DNA of 64,000 bases, from contig JAUSFL010000023.1 in NCBI GenBank assembly GCA_030649735.1, positions 32,001 to 96,000 on the forward strand. The letters are read 5' to 3'. Positions 19,310 to 28,405 of this stretch are shown one piece after another; positions within the stretch are counted from its first letter, which is position 1, and the number at the start of each line of letters is the position of its first letter. The translations under genes were made by a program, and so were the position numbers. The notes under the pieces are model-generated. The model saw only the letters and a program-made list of their open reading frames with translations. It did not search any database and was not told the DNA's origin. This DNA comes from Candidatus Iainarchaeum sp. Its GTDB lineage: Archaea > Iainarchaeota > Iainarchaeia > Iainarchaeales > UBA10191.

Positions 19310-19831
19310 ATGACTATTGAAGAAAAACCAAGGCCCGCGGTTCCTGACTGCAAGAGAATTTCCTGGGATGAATACTTTATGGAAATTGCCCGTGCTTCTG
19401 CAAAGCGCGCTTCCTGCTTCAAAAAGCAGGCCGGCGCAGTGATTGTGAAAAACAAGCAGATTCTTTCAACTGGATTTAATGGCGCTCCGCGCGGAGTCAA
19501 GGACTGCTTTGAAAAAGGCGAGTGCATGCGCCAGAAGGACAATGTTCCTTCAGGAACCCGCTTGGAGTATTGCATGGCAACCCATGCAGAGCAGAATGCA
19601 ATTGTTCAGGCAGCGCGTTCTGGAGTTTCAATAGATAATTCAGCGCTTTACACTACTGTCCAGCCTTGCGTTTTGTGCGCAAAGGTAATCATTAATGCTG
19701 GAATTAAGGAAGTTGTTTTTGAAATTCCCCAAAAAGACTTCAACAAAAAGCAGCCATTGCCTGAGTCAGACTTGCTTGCCGCTTCTCTTTTGGAAGAGGC
19801 CGGCGTCAAGGTAAGGCAGTGGAAAAAGTAA
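19310..19831 (+). CDS. dCMP deaminase
   Basis: SWDEYFM, GFNGAP, HAEQNA, PCVLC. Confidence 0.9.
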   Translation: MTIEEKPRPAVPDCKRISWDEYFMEIARASAKRASCFKKQAGAVIVKNKQILSTGFNGAPRGVKDCFEKGECMRQKDNVPSGTRLEYCMATHAEQNAIVQAARSGVSIDNSALYTTVQPCVLCAKVIINAGIKEVVFEIPQKDFNKKQPLPESDLLAASLLEEAGVKVRQWKK

Positions 19832-19845
19832 TCCTGGTTTTTTTT

Positions 19846-20370
19846 ATGCGTGAGCTAGAGCTTGAACGGACTTTTCTCGCAAAATTCCTGCCTGAAGGCC
19901 TTAAGGAATGCAAGCGCAAGGAAATAATTGACGTTTACATTCCAAGATCAAGGGAGCATCCTACTTTGAGGATTCGCAAGAATGGCGAAAGCTTTGAAAT
20001 CACAAAGAAAGAGCCAGTGCAAGGCGATGATGCTTCAAAGCAATTGGAGCAGACAATTCATCTTTCCAAGGAAGAATTCGAGTCTCTTGCAAGGCTTGAT
20101 GGAAAAAAAGTCGCAAAACTCAGGCATTATTACAAGTTTGGCGGAAAAACTTTTGAAATTGACGTTTTTTGCGGCGCGCTTGAAGGACTGGTTTTGGTTG
20201 ACATTGAATTTGATGACGAGAATGAAAAAGACTCTTTTGAAATGCCTGAATTCTGCCTTGCTGACGTGACTTTGGAAAAGTTTGCCGCGGGCGGAATGCT
20301 TTGCGGAAAATCATACAAGGACATAGAGCCAGCATTGAAAAAATACGATTATAAAAAATTGTTTTTGTGA
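19846..20370 (+). CDS. CYTH (triphosphate tunnel metalloenzyme) protein
   Basis: ELERTFL, LRIRK, EIDVF, LVDIEF. Confidence 0.8.
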   Translation: MRELELERTFLAKFLPEGLKECKRKEIIDVYIPRSREHPTLRIRKNGESFEITKKEPVQGDDASKQLEQTIHLSKEEFESLARLDGKKVAKLRHYYKFGGKTFEIDVFCGALEGLVLVDIEFDDENEKDSFEMPEFCLADVTLEKFAAGGMLCGKSYKDIEPALKKYDYKKLFL

Positions 20371-20375
20371 TTTCG

Positions 20376-20849
20376 ATGTATGAGCCGAAAAAAGAATTCA
20401 TGCTTGCTGCAATCGAGGCTGCTTTGGGGGCAAAAAATATTGGCGATTATGCGATTGGCGCAGCGGTTGTGAAAGATGGAACGATTATTGCAAAGGCGGG
20501 CACAAGCGTCAAGACTGACCAAAACCCTGTAAACCATGGAGAAATGGTCGCCATTCAAAAGGCGGCGAAATTTTTGGGAAACAGGGTTTTGGAAGGTTGC
20601 GTTCTGTACACTACTCACGAGCCTTGCCCAATGTGTGCTTCAGCCGCTGTTTGGGCCAGAATGGATGGGATTGTTTTTGGGGCAACAATGCAGGACATGT
20701 TTGAGTTTGCTTCAAAAAACAGGGGCAAGGAATTCTCTTGGAGGACTATTTCAATTTCTGCAGGAAAAGTTTTGGAAAAAGGAAACCCAAAGCTTTTTTT
20801 AGTCAAGGAATTCATGCGCAAGGAATGTGTTGAATTGTTCCATTGCTAG
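20376..20849 (+). CDS. Zn-dependent nucleoside/nucleobase deaminase (GuaD/TadA-like)
   Basis: HGEMVAI, EPCPMC. Confidence 0.85.
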   Translation: MYEPKKEFMLAAIEAALGAKNIGDYAIGAAVVKDGTIIAKAGTSVKTDQNPVNHGEMVAIQKAAKFLGNRVLEGCVLYTTHEPCPMCASAAVWARMDGIVFGATMQDMFEFASKNRGKEFSWRTISISAGKVLEKGNPKLFLVKEFMRKECVELFHC

Positions 20850-20893
20850 ATTTTCCCGAGGTTTTATTAACAAAAAAAGCATGATTGTTCCTT

Positions 20894-21709
20894 ATGGGCC
20901 AGAAAGTTGTTGCAGTTATTGCAGCGCATAATGAGGAAGTTTCAATTCAGGACACTTTGGAAATCCTTAATTCTTTCAGGCAAAAAAGGCTGCTTGATGA
21001 AATTGTGGTTGTGAATGACGGCAGCACTGATAGGACTGCTGAGATTGCAAGGCGTTTTGGCGCTGTTGTTGCAAGCCATTCAAGAAACCAGGGAAAGCGG
21101 GCTTGCTTTATTACTGGCGCTTTCAAAGCAAGGGAGCTTGGCGCTTCCACAATGTTTATGCTTGATGCGGACATCATGGAATTCCCGGAACAAACTTTCA
21201 GGAAAATGGTTTCTTCAGTGACTAGTGAGGGAAAGCTGATGGCAATTGCGCAGCAGTTTGAGGAATCGCCCAGCCCTAAGGAAGTCCTTGACGGCGTTTC
21301 GCATTACAAAGTCAATAACTATCATTCTAATGCCCAAAGGGCTTTTAGCATTAGTGCATTGGAGCCATTGTTTAGGAACAACAAGAAGTGGGTTTCTTTG
21401 CTCACTTCAAAGGCTCATAAGTTCTTGACTCGTACTGAAAAGGCTGCTGGCAGCAAGTGGGGCCTTGAGTTTGCGTTGGACTATTTGATTCCCGCAGGAA
21501 AAGCTGTCTTTCTTCAGGAATTTCCTGTTTGCACTAGGCCTGCTTTCAGGAAGAATTCCAACCATGGAATGGTGCAAGAGCAGGGCAGGGGAATTGTGAA
21601 AATGAAAATGGCTGAAAGGAAGAATGCCGCGAAAAAGCTTTGGAGATTAAGGGCGAGAAAAAAATTTGCCAAAAGCCCAAGGCATGTTGTTTTGAAAAGG
21701 CCGCTTTAG
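20894..21709 (+). CDS. GT2 glycosyltransferase with basic C-terminal tail
   Basis: AAHNEE, VNDGSTD, DAD motif. Confidence 0.8.
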   Translation: MGQKVVAVIAAHNEEVSIQDTLEILNSFRQKRLLDEIVVVNDGSTDRTAEIARRFGAVVASHSRNQGKRACFITGAFKARELGASTMFMLDADIMEFPEQTFRKMVSSVTSEGKLMAIAQQFEESPSPKEVLDGVSHYKVNNYHSNAQRAFSISALEPLFRNNKKWVSLLTSKAHKFLTRTEKAAGSKWGLEFALDYLIPAGKAVFLQEFPVCTRPAFRKNSNHGMVQEQGRGIVKMKMAERKNAAKKLWRLRARKKFAKSPRHVVLKRPL

Positions 21710-23373
21710 ATTTTCAATTCCTTGTCTTGCTCGAAAGAAATGCCTTTCTTTAACGCGATTTCTGCCTTTTGCAGTTCTGTTCCAAGGTACATTGCGTGGC
21801 TTCCTTGCATGCTGATGTCGTTTGAGATTCTGGAGTACAGTTCTTTTGCAGTCTTTCCGCCCCACATTCTTAATGCCTGCGAGCTTTCAGGATGCATTAA
21901 AGTGCATGAAATTTCTTCGCCTTTTAATTCCACGAGAAAGTTTCCTTTCGCATCTCTAAAGTCCTTGCGTGGTTTTCTGTAAAGCTTTAGGGCTGTTTCA
22001 ACCTGCTGGTAGTAGTTGTTGTAGATTTGCGCGCTGCTTGAAATTATTATCAATAATCCGCAAGGCACTTTGATTGCTTCCGCAATTTCTTTCTGGATTG
22101 CGGCCATTCCGTAGGCGTTTTCAGGCCAGCCTTGAACCATGTCATGGCTTCTGAAATAAACTGTTAAATTCAATTTTTCGTCCTGGACCATTGCCTGAAT
22201 CATCACTAAGCAAGGAGAGCTCTTGTGCTTTCTTAAAAGCTCGTCTGCGGGATGCCATGTCACTGCAACAATCGCTTTTGAGTAAGGGTCGCGCTTTAAG
22301 GTTTCAATCATGTCTTTCACTTGATTTATTTCCGCTTTTTCCCCGTTGAATTTCACGTTTTCGAGAATGAATTCTCCCTTTCCGAACTCGAAGTTTTGGA
22401 TTGCGTCATTTTCCAAAAGTTCTTTCAGTTCCTTGCTTGAAGGGCTGTAGTAAGCGCGGAGCTTGTTTCCGTAAGTGTATGCCTTTCCTGCTGGCAGTTC
22501 TGGCGAAAGAATTTCTGACTGGTATGCGCGGATTTTTTCAACAGTCAATGGAATCAGGAATGGATTCAATGACAAGTCCATGTTTTGCGCGTCTTCAATA
22601 ACGCACGCCATGTTGTTTATTTCCTTCACCCAGCGGTCAGTATTCGCGTTCATCAGGTTTTTTCTTCCGTAAGTGTAAATTGCGTGAATCATTTCCAGCC
22701 AGGTTTCAGGAATTGTTTTCCCCTGAACCAGTAAAGGCCCGCCTTCGAAAGGCAGGCTTTCACCCATTTCTTCAAACGCAAAAACCACTGGATTTTCCAA
22801 GAATACCTTTTTCTTTTCCAATGTTTTCAAAAGCTCATTTGCTCTTTCAATTTTTTCATCCAATGATGCATTGGGCATTTCAGAGTTCAAATCTATCAAT
22901 TGCACGTTTTCCGAGACTTTTTGAATCATTCCTGTGGGGATGTTCTTGTCAAAGTAAACCGCGCTTTCAAATCCTGGAATTTTTCTTTCGCCAGTAATTC
23001 CTTGCTTGAAAAACGCGCGGATTGCGTTAGCGCTTGTCACTTGCTGCAGGCCTTGGTTGTTTGGGGAAGCGCAGGCATACTCGTTGCCGAGCATTATCAT
23101 ATAGCGTATTTGCGGGTTTGCAAGTAAATTCCTGACCATTCCCGCAAGCCCTGCTGGAGTGTAAAAGTTTGTCGCGATTGCAAGGTTTTCTTTGGAAAGC
23201 TTTGGCATTATTACATCACGCATTGTCCAGAGGAAAGTGACTGAGACTTGCGCGTCATTAAGTTCTGCGTCTTTTCCGACAGCGAACGAGACCCTGTCTT
23301 TCACAACCACTGGCCAGCCTTTGCCTCCAGTGCTGTCTTTCTGGTTTTTTATTTCATCAATCAATCCAGCCAT
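21706..23373 (-). CDS. Thymidylate synthase fused to MtrA-like N-domain and DUF4346-like C-domain
   Basis: YTYG, SPCL, FRSHD...PEN; N-terminal RNLLANPQIRY; C-terminal HAMYLGTELQKA...FEQD. Confidence 0.8.
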   Translation of the reverse strand: MAGLIDEIKNQKDSTGGKGWPVVVKDRVSFAVGKDAELNDAQVSVTFLWTMRDVIMPKLSKENLAIATNFYTPAGLAGMVRNLLANPQIRYMIMLGNEYACASPNNQGLQQVTSANAIRAFFKQGITGERKIPGFESAVYFDKNIPTGMIQKVSENVQLIDLNSEMPNASLDEKIERANELLKTLEKKKVFLENPVVFAFEEMGESLPFEGGPLLVQGKTIPETWLEMIHAIYTYGRKNLMNANTDRWVKEINNMACVIEDAQNMDLSLNPFLIPLTVEKIRAYQSEILSPELPAGKAYTYGNKLRAYYSPSSKELKELLENDAIQNFEFGKGEFILENVKFNGEKAEINQVKDMIETLKRDPYSKAIVAVTWHPADELLRKHKSSPCLVMIQAMVQDEKLNLTVYFRSHDMVQGWPENAYGMAAIQKEIAEAIKVPCGLLIIISSSAQIYNNYYQQVETALKLYRKPRKDFRDAKGNFLVELKGEEISCTLMHPESSQALRMWGGKTAKELYSRISNDISMQGSHAMYLGTELQKAEIALKKGISFEQDKELKI

Positions 23374-23433
23374 TGCTATTCCCTTTTTTTTAAATAGTCT
23401 GCAAAATGATTAAAACCAGAACGTTGGTTTTGT

Positions 23434-24075
23434 TCAGTTTTTAAAAAGCAAGTCCAGCTCTTTTTGCACTTGAATCCAGACTTCTTCAATGCTTTTGCTT
23501 CCGTCAATGACTTTGATATTGTGGTCTGGAAGCAGTTTTGGAAGTTCCAAGTAATTCTGCCTTGCCTTTTCCAAAAAGCCTGTTTTTTCAAACTTTTCAT
23601 TCTTGAAATTTCCCGTAATTTTTTTCCTTTCATTGTCTATTGCAGAGCGCTGCATTGCAAGTTCTGCAGGGCAGTCAATTAACAGCACTAAATCCGGCTT
23701 TTGCACTTTTGCATGAAGCTTGATGATTTTTTGCAAGTCATTGCCTTGGGCTTTTTGGTAAGCGAAAGTAGAGTACATGAACCTGTCGCAAAGCACTATT
23801 GTTCCCTGCTTCAAGTTTGGCAAAATCAGATTCTGCAAGTGGTCTTGCCTGTCCTTTAAATAAAGCTCGAGGTATTTTTCTGCATTGGCTTCTGGCTCTG
23901 TGTCTTTGGATAGCAATTCTCTAATCATTGTCCCATATTTCCTGTATGTAGGCTCGCGCGTCAAGAGAATGTAATTCTTTTTTGATTTTTTGAAAATGTA
24001 ATTTGCTGCCTTCAAGAACTGCGTGCTTTTTCCGCACCCGTCAATGCCTTCCCAAATTATGAATTTTCCTTGCAT
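23434..24075 (-). CDS. tmk: Thymidylate kinase
   Basis: EGIDGCGKST, TREP, CDRF. Confidence 0.93.
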   Translation of the reverse strand: MQGKFIIWEGIDGCGKSTQFLKAANYIFKKSKKNYILLTREPTYRKYGTMIRELLSKDTEPEANAEKYLELYLKDRQDHLQNLILPNLKQGTIVLCDRFMYSTFAYQKAQGNDLQKIIKLHAKVQKPDLVLLIDCPAELAMQRSAIDNERKKITGNFKNEKFEKTGFLEKARQNYLELPKLLPDHNIKVIDGSKSIEEVWIQVQKELDLLFKN

Positions 24076-24170
24076 TTCAGATTGAATGAATTTACTGTTT
24101 TAAAAGCCTTTAGTGACATTACTTGTTTTACAAAGATGAATTCAAGCAAAATTTCAGAAAGTGTTTTTTT

Positions 24171-25925
24171 ATGCCTACCATCAGGAAGCCAATCATCACA
24201 GTCCTTGGGCATGTTGACCATGGAAAGACCTCTTTTTTGGACGCCATTCGCGGAACCACTGTTGTTGAGAAGGAAGCCGGCAGGATTACGCAGCACATTG
24301 GCGCTACTGAAGTCCCAATAGAAGCAGTTACAAAGATTGCCGGCCCGCTTCTTGAAAAATACAAGTTTAATTTGACAATTCCCGGGCTTTTGTTCATTGA
24401 CACTCCGGGCCATGAGGCTTTTTCAAACTTGCGCAGGAGAGGCGGAAGCATTGCGGACTTGGCTGTTTTGGTCATTGACATAATGCAGGCCTGCCAGCCC
24501 CAGACTTCTGAAAGCATTGAAATCTTGAAGGCTTTCAAGGTTCCTTTTGTGATTGTTGCAAACAAGGTTGACTTGATTCAAGGCTGGGAAAAGCATCCTG
24601 GAATGAGCTTTACTGAAAGCATCAAGCTTCAGGAAGACTATGTTCAAACTGATTTGGATGAGAAAATTTACTGTCTGGTTGGGGAAATGTTCCACAAGGG
24701 CTTTGTGTGCGAGCGCTTTGACAGGATTTCTGATTTTACAAAGCAGGTTGCGATAATTCCTTTAAGCGCGAAAGACGCTGAAGGATTGCCTGAAGTTTTG
24801 CTTTTTCTTGCTGGCTTGAGCCAAAAGTTTTTGGAAAGCCAGTTGAGGATTGAAGTTTCAGGCCAGGGAAAGGGAACAGTGCTTGAAGTGAAGGAAGAGA
24901 AAGGGTTGGGAAAAACAATTGATGTCATTTTGTATGATGGCTCTTTGAAAGTCGGCGATGAGATTATTGTCGGCGCAGTTAATGGGTTTGTGAAAACCAA
25001 GATTCGCGCCTTGCTCCAGCCAAAGCCCTTGGATGAAATTCGCTCTCCAGAGCAAAAGTTTGATTCAGTCAGGGAAGTAAGCGCTGCAGTTGGAATAAAG
25101 ATTGCAGCCCCGAATTTGGAAGGCGTTCTTGCAGGCAGTCCTTTGATTGTTTACCAAAAGCCAGAGGATGAAGAGGAAGTGCTCAAGGAAGTTGTTGGAT
25201 TGAACATTGAGTCAGAGGCTTTGGGGCCTGTTGTGAGGACTGATGCATTGGGCAGTTTGGAGGCCTTGACAATGCTTTTGGACAAGGCCGGAATCAAGCC
25301 GCGCTTTGCGTCAGTTGGCGAGGTTTCAAGAAGGGACATTATTGAGGCTGTCGGCGTTGCCAAAGAAGACAAGTTCAAGGGAGTTGTTTTTGCATTCAAC
25401 ACAAAATTGAATGACGGCGCTGTTGAAGAATTGAAAAAAAATCCAGTGAAAGTTTTTTCAGCAAATGTCATTTACAGGCTCATTGAAGATTATGAAAAGT
25501 GGGTTAGTGATGAAAACGCGGCAGAGAAAAAGTCTGTTTTGGAAAAAATCGTGTTTCCTGCAAGAATCATTGTGGTCCGAAATTGCATTTTTCGCAACGC
25601 AAATCCCGCGATTGTTGGAGTGAAGGTTTTGGGCGGCAAATTAAGGCCTGGCGCCAAATTGTTCAATGGCGAGAAATTGCTTGGCGAAGTCATTGCAATA
25701 CAGGACAAGGGAAGCAATTTGCAGGAATTAAAGCAAGGCCAAGAGGCCGCGATTTCCATAACTGACGCGGTTTGCGGCCGCAATCTTTTCGAAGAGGACG
25801 AGCTTTTGACAGTGCTTTCAGTCAATGATTATGCGGAAATTTTGAAAATAAAGGACGCCTTTACGCAGGCTGAATTGGACTTGGCTGAAGAAATCAGGAA
25901 CAAGTTAAGGAAGCAAAGCAAGTAG
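24171..25925 (+). CDS. infB: Translation initiation factor aIF5B
   Basis: GHVDHGKT, ITQHIGA, DTPGHE, NKVD. Confidence 0.95.
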   Translation: MPTIRKPIITVLGHVDHGKTSFLDAIRGTTVVEKEAGRITQHIGATEVPIEAVTKIAGPLLEKYKFNLTIPGLLFIDTPGHEAFSNLRRRGGSIADLAVLVIDIMQACQPQTSESIEILKAFKVPFVIVANKVDLIQGWEKHPGMSFTESIKLQEDYVQTDLDEKIYCLVGEMFHKGFVCERFDRISDFTKQVAIIPLSAKDAEGLPEVLLFLAGLSQKFLESQLRIEVSGQGKGTVLEVKEEKGLGKTIDVILYDGSLKVGDEIIVGAVNGFVKTKIRALLQPKPLDEIRSPEQKFDSVREVSAAVGIKIAAPNLEGVLAGSPLIVYQKPEDEEEVLKEVVGLNIESEALGPVVRTDALGSLEALTMLLDKAGIKPRFASVGEVSRRDIIEAVGVAKEDKFKGVVFAFNTKLNDGAVEELKKNPVKVFSANVIYRLIEDYEKWVSDENAAEKKSVLEKIVFPARIIVVRNCIFRNANPAIVGVKVLGGKLRPGAKLFNGEKLLGEVIAIQDKGSNLQELKQGQEAAISITDAVCGRNLFEEDELLTVLSVNDYAEILKIKDAFTQAELDLAEEIRNKLRKQSK

Positions 25926-25937
25926 TTTTTCCGCACA

Positions 25938-25968
25938 TTTTTTAAATTCCTCGCAAGTTATTTATTGT
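25938..25968 (+). promoter_or_regulatory. Promoter of the ilv leader, likely leaderless transcript
   Basis: TTTTTAAA..CCTCGCAAG..TATTGT with the same TATA-to-TATTGT spacing as the L7Ae promoter; ATG follows at 25970. Confidence 0.6.
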
Positions 25969-25969
25969 C

Positions 25970-26047
25970 ATGTTTAGTGCAATGCCATCAAAAGTTCTGC
26001 TGCCAGTCGCTGTTTTGGTAGTCTTGGTTGTTGCACTGGTTGCTTAA
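25970..26047 (+). CDS. Putative ilvB leader peptide MFSAMPSKVLLPVAVLVVLVVALVA
   Basis: 25 codons with 8 Val and 5 Leu within codons 9-24; ends 86 nt upstream of ilvB; not in the ORF track. Confidence 0.7.
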   Translation: MFSAMPSKVLLPVAVLVVLVVALVA

Positions 26048-26080
26048 GCATTCCTGAAAAAAATCGAATTCTGGGAGTGC
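26048..26080 (+). promoter_or_regulatory. RNA hairpin immediately after the leader stop
   Basis: GCAUUCCU-GAA / UUC-U-GGGAGUGC. Confidence 0.55.
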
Positions 26081-26133
26081 GGGATTAAAAAGTTCAGAAG
26101 TCTTTAGAAAAAAAGGAAAGAAAGTGGAAAAAA

Positions 26134-27837
26134 ATGAATGGTGCTGAGGCAGTGTTGAAGGCATTGCAGGAAGAGAAAGTCAGGCATTCTTTCGGGGTTA
26201 CTGGCGGTTCTGTAATTCCATTGTTTGACGAGTACTTCAAGGACAATCATGAAATCAGGCACATTCCAGTAAGGCATGAGCAGGGCGCTGCGCACGCGGC
26301 TGACGGCTATGCAAGGGCTTCTGGAAAGCCAGGAGTTTGCATTGCGACTTCAGGCCCTGGAGCAACTAATTTGGTCACTGGAATAATGACTGCTTTCATG
26401 GATTCTAGTCCAATGGTTGCTTTGGGCGGGCAGGTTGCTACTTCGCTGATTGGGAATGACGCCTTTCAAGAGTCTGACATGATGGGAATAACTCTTCCAA
26501 TAACAAAGCATAATTTTCAAATCCGCTCTCCGGAAAAAATCAATTCCACAATAAAGAACGCGTTCAAGATTGCGACCACTGGAAGGCCCGGGCCTGTTTA
26601 CATTGACTTGCCTAAAGACACTTTAATGAAGGAAGTTTCTGCTGTGGAGAAAGTTCCATTGCATGGCTATAAGCCGAACTTGAAAGGCCATCCATTGCAG
26701 GTGAAAAAGGCTGCAGAGCTTTTGCTGAATGCCGAAAGGCCTGTCTTGCTTTTGGGCGGCGGAGTCATTCTTGCAAACGCCGCAAAGGAAGCTGCAGAAT
26801 TGGCTTTGGAATTCAACATTCCAGTAATAACCACTTTAATGGGAAAGTCGGCATTTCCTGAAACAAATGCTCTCTCGCTTGGAATGCTTGGCATGCATGG
26901 GAGAAAATGCGCGAATTACGCTATTTCCAATGCTGATGTGGTTTTGGCTGTCGGCTGCAGGTTTAATGACAGGATTACTGGAAAGCTTTCAACATTCTTG
27001 AAGGACGCAAAATTAATCCACATTGACGTTGATAATTCAGAGATTGGAAAAATCGTTCCTTCAGCAATTCCGATTGTTGGGGACGCAAAGCTTGTTTTGC
27101 AAGACTTGCTTTTGGCCGCAAAAAAGTTTTCTTTAGCGAAGAAAACAACTTGGTCTGAAAAATTAAAGGTTTTGGCGAAAGAATGCGACTGTGACTTGAA
27201 TATTTCTTCAAATCCGGCAGACCCTAAAAGAGTGATTTTTGAAATTTCCAAAGTCCTCAAGGAAAATGACATTGTAACCACTGGGGTAGGCCAGCATCAA
27301 ATGTTTGCAGCGCACTTCCTAAAGCGCGATAGGCCAAGGACTTTCATTTCCAGCGGCGGCGCCGGAACAATGGGATTTGGATTTCCTGCCGCGATTGGCG
27401 CAAGGCTTGCAAGGCCGGATTCTGAAGTTTTCAACATTGATGGCGATGGAAGCTTTGGAATGAATGTCCAGGAGCTTGCAACCTGCAGGTTTGAAAACAT
27501 TAAGGTCATTCCGGTAATTTTCAATAATTCTTACTTAGGAATGGTCAGGCAGTGGCTTGAACTGTTTTATGAAAAGCGGTATTCCACTGTTGACTTGGGG
27601 CAAAGCACTGACTTTTCTAAAATTTCTGAAGGCTTTGGAGTGAAGGGATTGAGGGTTGAAAGGCCTTCAGAGCTTGCTGAAGCGTTCCAGGCCGCGTTGA
27701 AGAATGATGAAACAACTGTAATTGATGTTGCAATCGCGCCAGAAGCAAACATCACTCCAATGTTTTCTGCGGGCTCTTCAGTCTTTGAAATGTTCGGACC
27801 TTGCATTACTGAAAATTATTTTAAGAGGGCATTGTAA
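26134..27837 (+). CDS. ilvB: Acetolactate synthase large subunit
   Basis: RHEQGAAHAADGYAR, TSGPGATN, GMHG, GDGSF, GMVRQW. Confidence 0.95.
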   Translation: MNGAEAVLKALQEEKVRHSFGVTGGSVIPLFDEYFKDNHEIRHIPVRHEQGAAHAADGYARASGKPGVCIATSGPGATNLVTGIMTAFMDSSPMVALGGQVATSLIGNDAFQESDMMGITLPITKHNFQIRSPEKINSTIKNAFKIATTGRPGPVYIDLPKDTLMKEVSAVEKVPLHGYKPNLKGHPLQVKKAAELLLNAERPVLLLGGGVILANAAKEAAELALEFNIPVITTLMGKSAFPETNALSLGMLGMHGRKCANYAISNADVVLAVGCRFNDRITGKLSTFLKDAKLIHIDVDNSEIGKIVPSAIPIVGDAKLVLQDLLLAAKKFSLAKKTTWSEKLKVLAKECDCDLNISSNPADPKRVIFEISKVLKENDIVTTGVGQHQMFAAHFLKRDRPRTFISSGGAGTMGFGFPAAIGARLARPDSEVFNIDGDGSFGMNVQELATCRFENIKVIPVIFNNSYLGMVRQWLELFYEKRYSTVDLGQSTDFSKISEGFGVKGLRVERPSELAEAFQAALKNDETTVIDVAIAPEANITPMFSAGSSVFEMFGPCITENYFKRAL

Positions 27838-28340
27838 TGAGTTTTGAGAAAAAATCCAATGGGTTGAGAAAGCACATTGTTGGAATGCTTGTGAATGACG
27901 AGCCCGGGGTTTTGGCAAAGATTTCCGGAATGTTCACTCGCCGCGGCTTTAACATTGACACTATCATTGTCGGAAAGACAAACATTCCTGATGTTTCCCA
28001 CATTGTAATAAGCCTTTTGGGGAATGACAGGACTATAGAGCAGTTGGACAAGCAATTGTACAAAATGATTGACATTGTAAAGCTTGCTGACTTTAGCGAG
28101 TCAAATGCAGTGGTTCGAGAGCATTGCCTCTTGAAGGTTTCTTCCACTGAAAAAAGCGTTGAGCACTTGAATAATGTATGCAAACTTTTCGAGGCCCGCG
28201 TGCTTCACGTGAACACTGAAAGCGTCATTGTGGAACTCGCAAGCTCTCCTTCAAAAATTGATTCATTGATTGAAACCCTTGCCCCTTTTGGAATCAAGGA
28301 ATTAAGCAGGACCGGAGTCAACGCGCTGCAGAAAGACTGA
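27837..28340 (+). CDS. ilvN: Acetolactate synthase regulatory (ACT) subunit
   Basis: NDEPGVLAKISGMFTRRGFNID, ELSRTG. Confidence 0.92.
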   Translation: MSFEKKSNGLRKHIVGMLVNDEPGVLAKISGMFTRRGFNIDTIIVGKTNIPDVSHIVISLLGNDRTIEQLDKQLYKMIDIVKLADFSESNAVVREHCLLKVSSTEKSVEHLNNVCKLFEARVLHVNTESVIVELASSPSKIDSLIETLAPFGIKELSRTGVNALQKD

Positions 28341-28405
28341 CTTTTTTTTGGTTTTTGGTTTTAAAAACTGGCATATTTTAAATTCTTGGAATTCTTTATT
28401 GTTTA

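Noticed and set aside
26081-26133. Classical intrinsic terminator after the ilv leader hairpin
   Set aside because: The downstream sequence is purine-rich with no U-tract on the + strand.
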